Shown here piece by piece: positions 52,701 through 61,700 of a stretch of 64,000 nucleotides of DNA (position 1 is its first letter; every line of letters begins with the position of its first letter). The translations under genes were made by a program, and so were the position numbers. The notes under the pieces are model-generated. The model saw only the letters and a program-made list of their open reading frames with translations. It was not told where the DNA came from and did no database searches. The DNA is from Tubiluchus corallicola (lineage: Eukaryota; Animalia; Priapulida). Where the stretch lies: contig JAQGDQ010000148.1 in assembly GCA_030141605.1 (NCBI GenBank), positions 1-64,000 on the forward strand, in the 5' to 3' direction.

Positions 52701-55700
52701 CTGGGTCAGCACTTCTGTGACGTCAACTAGTCGTTGCTTGCTTAGCTCCTGCAGATTCGAGTATTTTTCAATAATTACTGGTTGAGTCTGATGTATTTCA
52801 GCAGCAGGATCAGCTAACAAGGAAAGATGATCATATTTTTTCCGAGTGTCGTCAACAGCAGGTTGTATCAGATACAGCTCATTACCAATTGTCTAAAAGA
52901 ACAAAAGAAAATGGGATAATTGGTTATACAATAATTATGGACAAGATGTCAGTACTTGAGGCACGGGATAAATTTTATGTTGAAAGCTAAGATTGTCCGT
53001 AAAGTTCGCATTAAAGCTACAACAGCCTTAAAAAGAATTGAATGAATTAGCAATAGAAGCATGATAAAATAAACTTAGAAAGTTTTTTCTTGCCGTAGAC
53101 ATTTTTGTGTATCTTCACAGTACCTATACTCTCTTAGGTAGAAGGAATTACAATACTGGAAAGCAAAAAAATCTGTTTGCCATATTCAGCAATGTTCCGT
53201 TTTCCTAACATATAATTTACAAATGCATGCAAGTAAAAAGTTAAAGCCTTGAAATTTTTTCTCCAACCCAATCCATCAGAGCCAATTTCAATCCTTGAGT
53301 CATAGAAATTTACTGCATTAAGCCCCTCCGTGCCCAACATTGAATTGCATTCACTATATATAGTAGGTGCCATTTATTAGACGCACGATTAATAGAATCA
53401 ATCGCCTAATTGACTCAAAAACGTCTGGCACGGGCCGCTCCTATTCAAATGTATGCAAAAATTCTCAGTAATTGACTCCTTCACGTACTTAAAATAAGAC
53501 ACTTGCATGTGACCAAAGAGCTTTTATGGCTTTTATGTTATCTTTACGTTGCTTTTGTGCACTGTAATATACGTAGAAACAGTCATGTTTGGTACAGCTT
53601 TGTTTGTAAGTAGGTACAGTGTATTAACCTCATCGTATCTGGGAAGCTCAACCTTTGATCACTTGCCCAGCAGTTTGCTTTTGAAGTTCCTGCTGCTTTT
53701 CACAAGCTCATCACCAACTGCAGCTCAAGTACTAGATGACTCAGTGTTTTGTGTGAGTATCTGCATCACCAACTGCAGCTCAAGTACTAGATGACTCAGT
53801 GTTTTGTGTGACTCAGTGTTTTGTGTGAGTATATGCAGCGTACAGTAACAGCTTTTCAGCATTTTTATTATTATGAGCCTTTCATAGAACTTCTTCGTGA
53901 AAAAATGGAGGAACTGGCTTTGCATATAATTTTTAAAATTTTTGGTAGTAATAACCAAATTTGTGCATCTTTTCTTTTCTGTTTCTATTAATTCAGTTAT
54001 ATAATTAATATTCTTAAATAATTGTACATGAGAATTTTGACATTAATTCGTTTCAAAAATTCATTTAAAGCCTTTGAAATCCATAATAAGGTGATAAGTC
54101 ATGACTCGTACTTCTGTAGTAATAGGCTACACTCGCCAGCTAATTGAATCTGTCGGTTAATTGGACCAAAACACTTCCATCCCAAAGTGAATCTATGAAA
54201 CGGCATCTACTCTAGTTACAAAATACTTGTGGGAATATAAGAAAGTCAATCACCTTGTAATATTCTTGTGCCTTTTTCAAACGTGCTGGATCTGCACTGG
54301 TCTGCCCCACATCAGCTGCTAGGTTTTCTTCATACTCATCCAAGCGAATTTCCAGCTTCTTAGCACCATCATCATATTCTCTCCAGCTTGCCAAGAGACC
54401 TTCAATTCTAAAACAAGTACAAAGAAATAAAATGGTGTAATGAAACAAATAAAAATATTAGTGTCCAGAGATAGTATGTCCAGAGGAGGCTCACTGGATG
54501 TATTAAGTACAGGTCAAGTATTTATGAAAAGTTTTTAAAGAACAGTAAGTTAACATATGACTAATTTTTTTCATTAATAAAATCAAAAGATTTGAGTAGG
54601 AAATTTCAGTTGAAATAACATCAATATAGCAACTAATACCTGCTTTCTCTATCATGAGCTGCTGCCTGCAAATTATCCCAACGTTCTCCGAGAAAAGCTA
54701 CTTCCTTGGGAACCGAAAGAAGTTCTTTTGCTTGAGACAAGATCTCGCGCAGTGCTGTTTCATGTGGAGCTAGCTCTCGCATGAATGTCTGAATAAAACA
54801 AAAATAAACATTCGTAGTTCAAAACAAATATTCATAATTTAGATAACTTGGATCCGAGGAAAGGCTTTGAACATAACATGATCAACTAATAGGTACAAAT
54901 GCATCAACAAAAATTGAAAGAACCCTAAAAATCAACTTAGAAAACCAGGAACGTTACAAGATTACTGAAGACCCTACTCTGTAAAGACAAGGGTTTTGTA
55001 CAAATCCAATTCCAGGCTTGCTGCCATGGAATTTTGACATTAAACTTAAAACTCTGACTAACTAATACAAAAAAATATTAATTCATTTAAGTGTTACTTC
55101 ACAAGTACTATAACTACAAAAATATAAATTAAGAATAAAATGTATCAAAAATTATAGAGAAATTATAACGACGCCTAGTTTACAATTATTATTTTTATTA
55201 AGTATTCCAAACAACTTTTTGTAAAAACTTGTCTAACCCTTAGCACATACTATTAATTGTTAGAAAAACTCATCCTATGTTTTTTTCATGAGAATCAATC
55301 ATTTGGTACATTTGATTTAGACTTATTTTTCCTTACCTTGTGTTGTGTCAGTAAATCAATTACTTCTTCTTGTCGCTTGCACATTGGAAGATCGGCAGAA
55401 ATCACTTGTTCCGCCACGTCCAGATTTGACAATAATTTCTGCAACTTTTCTTGGAACAATTTCATCACATCTGCCTCGGCTAAAAGACTAGTCCCCTCCT
55501 GATTAATAATGGCGGACAGGTCTAGAAATGGTCAAAAAGTTTAGTGATCCTGCAGTAATAGTTTCAAATGGCTTGCTGAATGGGGCAAAATTGGGCAGCT
55601 GAAATAACTTTAGTGAATTATAAACTCCTACATTACAAATTACATGAACTAATTAAATGTGCAACAATCTAATCCATCACATACCCATTGTCTGCCTATG

Positions 55701-58700
55701 CAGTGATTGCACTTTAAGTTCAAGAGATGCCTTGTGCCGCTCCTCTAGGTCCACTGATTCGGCAGTGAAATTCTCTTGTAGTTCAAGAACCAACTGCTTA
55801 TTTAGTTCGACCTCAGATTTTAGAATCTTTAAAAAAAGAACATATTAATAGAAAAGATGACAAACCTGTTAATTCTGTTTTTTGGAAAAAAAGCAATTTT
55901 GCTTAATCTACAAACAGTTTTAGTTGATTTATTAAAATCAAGTGCTTTAGGTGCACGTTTAGTACATAAAGCAAAAATGTTGGTTACTGTTTTTTTGTAC
56001 AGTTTGTGTATTCAAAGTTCTATGCATTACAAATGTACACGACTTAAATATCAATCTTACAGAAAAGCAATATACTAAAATGAAAGAACTAGAGAAATGG
56101 TCTTTCTTTTATTCGTTTATAAACAGTAAATAAGTACAAAGTGAAATGCACATGACATCAATACAAACACTTATAAAATTGGGAATTTCCCAAATATTGT
56201 TTAATGGAACATACTTGGATAAGTTCAATTCTTTGTTCTACATCAATTTTTGATCGTCGAAATTCCCCAAGTTTTACTTTGAGTTCAGTCAACTTCTGTG
56301 AAATCTGTTCAGCTTGTACGTCATACTTCTGCCAGCAGGACGCTAATGACTCCAACTGCTTCACTTCACCAAGAACCTGATAAGCAAGACATAGAAAATC
56401 ACACGATCTTTGAAGTTAATTAACATTATCATTGTTAGATTATAAAATACAATTTGACAGTTAGTTAATAAGTTGAAAATATAGTGAGGTGTGTTGCGAA
56501 CTTTGTTGACAAGCCTATAATCATATTAATTAGTTTGTACAATAGTTAATGTAATTGGTACTACTTGTACTACTCTTTCAGACAAATTTGATTGGTGGAT
56601 TAATACCTGTTGGAACTGGGGACTTTTTTAGCCATTGGCAGGTGTCGCTTGATTTTTATGTTAAACAGCTGTTTTTTCTCTCTAATATAAACTTACGTAA
56701 TTAAAAATTTGCAGTTTTAATCTAGCGTTGTACGTTTGTGATTTGGTTTTGAGTGAAATTGACTGTTTTCTCGTGACAAAACAACAGATTGTCAAGAAAA
56801 TTATAGCCCACGGAAGACCTGATTTTTACATAATCGCATTTTCTGAAAACTTTATTTAAAATTTTCATTTGCTATTTTTAACTCCAGCAGAAATGCATTG
56901 TGACAATAAAATATAATAACAATCACAAACACAATTTTAAAAAATGAGTATGCTCTAATTAATGGTAAAGCAAGTAAAATTAGTCAGTAGCGAAACAACC
57001 ACTATTAACAAAACTCAAAATCACCTTTTCCGAAGCAGAACTGTATTGCTTTTCTACTTGTGCTGTATCGTCTTGTAACTCTGTCGCAAATTCAGGAGTA
57101 CAGTAATCAACTAAAGATGCAGTAGCTGCTTTTAATTTATTCATATTAGACGAAGCATCTCCCAGACACTCTTGAGCTGCCTGTAACACAAAAGGTGTGA
57201 TTCTGGCATTGATTTCTGTTCATTGTTCAAAGCAAGAACTAAATAACAACCCCTTTGGCGATGCAGTATATAAACTAAGGACTTCATGACTGCACGACAC
57301 ATACAGTGTAATATACATATACTGGACCAAACATAGCTTTGAGGTTGACCTTTTAAACCACTCAAATTTTAACGCTTTTTGTAAATTTAACAGAAAGTAT
57401 GATTAATGGGTCACCATAAGTACATTCATGCCTGTTGGCTCTCCCTTTCTCAAACATTAGCTAATTATCTTTAATAGTAATGATCTTATTCATGTGAATG
57501 TACAATTGTATTTTGGACTGAAAAAATAATCTCATCTAATCTAATCTAATCTACATAGAATGTAATATTATCGTCATCTGTGTATTTGTTCAAGTCTCAA
57601 CATAACAGCAAAGCACAGCATTCTTTCTGCTATTCACTGCTAAAAATTAACCATAGTTGGTGAAATTTCAATAAAACGGCAAGGTTGTGGTAGAGAAATG
57701 ATTATAAGAAAAGAAATACTAATGATTTTAATTCTTTCATAAACATGAAAAACATACGGAGTCCTTTGGGAAACAAATTTAAAGAATTCTTTTTAAGAAG
57801 ATATTATTTTTAGACCTGTTTAGAATGCAGATCATCTTCAACTACTTGACCATCATCATAAGTTGGTTGCTTGTCAAGTGCTGCTTCTGCTACTTGTGTA
57901 ACATGAACGACTTGATTTCTGTCGGATTCTCTTTCATCGATGAGTACAACTATACACTATAAACATCGAGATAAGAGTTAGCATGCTTAAGTTTTTGCAC
58001 TAGAAATTCAGAAACTAAAAAGGATTTAATATTAGAAGCCAAATGATAATATAATATTTAAAAGAGTTTTTAATGTTAGGTTGCACATTGGAACTTGTTT
58101 GCAATATTCATATAAAATGAGATAAGAACTAATGAAGGCTAGTGCAAATGCGACATATGATATTTTTGAAACAAAGAATTATAAAATATTCAGACTTTTT
58201 TAAAATAATCAATAAACTAAAATCCTGAAAATTAAAAAATATTAAGGGTTGCCATTAGTGAAATGATTTAATTTAGAGGAAATGTTTAGATAAAAAATTA
58301 ATTTTGTACAATATTTTAAATTCTAAATTTCTCAAGTAAAAATTCTCTTTGAAAGCATAGAAAAAAGCTATGGCCCAAGACTGCTTTGTGGATCTTTATA
58401 AAAAGTTGACATTTAAAATGACGAATACAGGCATTATCAAAAACACATACCTTGAGACGCTCTACTGTGCTTGTAGATACGGCACAAGTTTCTTTGAAAC
58501 TATTATCTAAATCAGCAACAACTTCCTCCACAAAGTTGGGGGCATGTTCCTCAAGTTGCAGTGTTTGACCTTCCTCGATCTTACTTTGAATCTCTGGTTT
58601 CTTCTCTTCCAGCTTGTCATGAATATCCTAAGAGAAAGACGAAAAGCGTATTTGGAAATCATGATTACTTAGTTAGCAGTCAAGAAGAGCAAAGTAAGGA

Positions 58701-61700
58701 AAATTTGATAAACATATGAGAAAAAAAGAACATGAAATTAATGTGACAGCTGACAAGCTAACAAGAAATTTTGAGGAAGCTACCATGACTTCAAAGTCAA
58801 TGTTCTTTGTAATCATAATCAAATGTGAAATGATAAGAAAACAATAGCAAAGTGGCTACAAAGTGTTTGTTAAAAATTGTTAAAATATACAAAAAAGTAT
58901 GTAAAAAGTACAGATCTGTTAAAACAAATTGAAATATTGTAGTGATGATAAAAAGGAGACAGCACAAATGGAAAAAGAAGAAACCAAGTGATTATATGAA
59001 TTGCTGTTAAAAACACATATCTTGTTACCTTTTTTGTTTTGTTTTTTTAGTTTTACATTTCCATGCAAGACTAGCTCAGCTGCTAACAAAACTTCTAGTC
59101 TTTTTCATTCAGTTATGGTCTTTGTTGATTTTTGAATACTGTAAATTTATATTAATTATTACAACGAAAATCAAACTCAATGCTTACCTTTTGCTCCGTC
59201 AGTAACTGTTGTGCATTCAGTTTACTTTCAACTTTAGGTTCCTCAGTCACTTGAGCTTGGACTTCTCTTAACCAGCTCTGTAGAGGTTCTGCAGAGTCAC
59301 GATAAGTGTAACAAGACATTATTGTACCCGACTGTACAGTGGTCAGCTCTACAAACAGTACAACAATCATACATGTTAACATTAATAAGAAAGATTTAAC
59401 AATAATGATGACAGTGCAAAGGTTATAAGTGCAGAGCGAGAGTGACAACAATGGCTATAACAAGATGGTAATGATGATGATGATCAATGGTGATGACAAC
59501 AAATGACGATTATTATCAAAGATGAATAGAGATGAGCTGATGTTGACGTTTAAACCATTATTTCAGAATTTCGTCCACATAAAACAGTAGTTAAAAACAT
59601 AAAATTAAAAGATATAGCACTATACAAAAGTTAGCAGAACACACTACTATATACAAAACATACAATCATCTCCCCAGACATTGCATTCGCATTTGTATTA
59701 TATACAGTAAAGCATCAGTAATTCAAAAGTAATACTTAAAATGTGTACAATGCATTAAATATACAATAAAATGTTATACTAAATGTCATGTATGATAAAA
59801 TAATGAAACGAATAGTTGAAATAACAAGTAACAATTACCACCATAGCTACAAAGTACAATTAAAAAAACAAAAACAGCATCTCCAAAATAGAATTAGTTT
59901 ACCTACACGTACAAAAGTAGGTATATTTGCAATTATTGTAATAAAATCACTTACCAATCCTAGGAATGAGATTTTTATAGCGCTCAATCAGTGCATCTAA
60001 AAGAGGTTGTTCTACGGCAGCTTTGTCTGCAGGTGATTTAGCTAAAAGGAAATCTAATGTTTCCACTAACCACTGTACTTCATTTCTGTACTGATTGACA
60101 TCTTGGCATATGGCCTGTTCATAAAAAATACACAAAACTGCAGAATTAACTTTACCCTCTTTTATAGTACATAAATTGAATAGCATAATCTTGCAATTAT
60201 ATACTATAAGATCTCTTTTTAATTAATAAATTGTGACAAATAACAATAATCAGTTTGCCTGTATTCTACAGCAACATACCATGAATGGGTCGAGGTACGA
60301 CTTGTATTCTGTGACAGTGGCACAATCGTTTTTCAGCTTTTCCACTGATTCATCAACAGAGTCCATCCACTTTTCCAGTGATGTGAATCTATAACAAAAT
60401 GGTACAGGAGGAATGCAGCCACAAATGTAGCGCTGCTTTGCATCTTTTCGTCAAAATGCAGACAATCTTAAGAAACAAAGCAAACCTGTATCCAATTAGG
60501 ACAGTAAACTTAGAAAGGTTTCTCAATTTAGTAAAGTAAAATGGTCAGCTGTTCTTGCAGTTATAGGTTCTTAACATAGAAAAAATACGTCATGTAAATA
60601 TAGCAATCTTAACAGTCATTATTATATTATACCTTGATTCAATTCAACTTACTTATAATGATATTCCTGCCACCTATCGGGTGCCACGAGCAACATCTGG
60701 CGTATAGCTTCTACTTTATCACAAAGCTGATTCCATTCTCTTGAATACTTTTCGTAGCTATCTTGTAATGAAGCATCTTGTTTAGACACACCAGATTCCT
60801 GTTAACAACAGATTCTTTAATTGTTTTACAAGGATCTTAAAAACCTCTGCTCATAGAAGACAGACTTTTACTACAAGAAAAACAGAAAACAAAAAGTAGT
60901 AATGCAAGAAAGTTTCCAAATATAGTAGTAGCTTTATTGCATTTATAATTATTTGAAAAGCACGAGCTGTACTGAGTAGTCAAAACAGGTTTCTCCTGAA
61001 TGTAAAAGAAACGTAAATTAATTTTTAAAACCTAATCAAAATAAAAGTTTTAACAGAAAAGTTAATTCATCTAGAAAGGGCATTTCTCTGCTTAAAATGC
61101 TCTAGTTGAGTGGCAACAGTTTTTCTTAAATATAACCAGCCAGCAAGGAAACAAAATGTGATTAGCAGATCAGCAATTATTCAAAGTTAATAGAAAAATA
61201 TGATGAGAGATGGCAATACTATAAGTAATAAAAACAGTTACTAAATGTAAATGCAAATGAAGTAAAAAAATTGAACCTGAGCTGTATATGTCACCAGTTT
61301 CTGTGCTGGAAGCTTCATGTGTTTTAAGAAATCTTTGCACCTTGGAAAGAAGCCACTTTCTTGAAAAAATTCCTGTAAAAAATGAAAACAATCTTGAAAA
61401 AAGGTAATCTTCATTGCTGCAGAACTCCTTGTAAATTAGTTGTTTATAAAATGCTTCGAAAGGCGATCTTACCTGCAGTAGAAAGTTGATTTAAAAAAAT
61501 TGTCAATAGATTATTCAGAAATATTAAGATTGTATTATTGTGTTAGGTTTTGATGTATCTTGATTCTTAGCAATTAATTTGGTTTTCTCTGCTATTAATT
61601 GATTTGAAAAGAATTGATTTGTCACTTAAAAGTAGATGAAACATTAGAATGGATCTCTTAAAAACTAAAAATCCTATGGATGGGTTTTCTGGTTTAGGTC

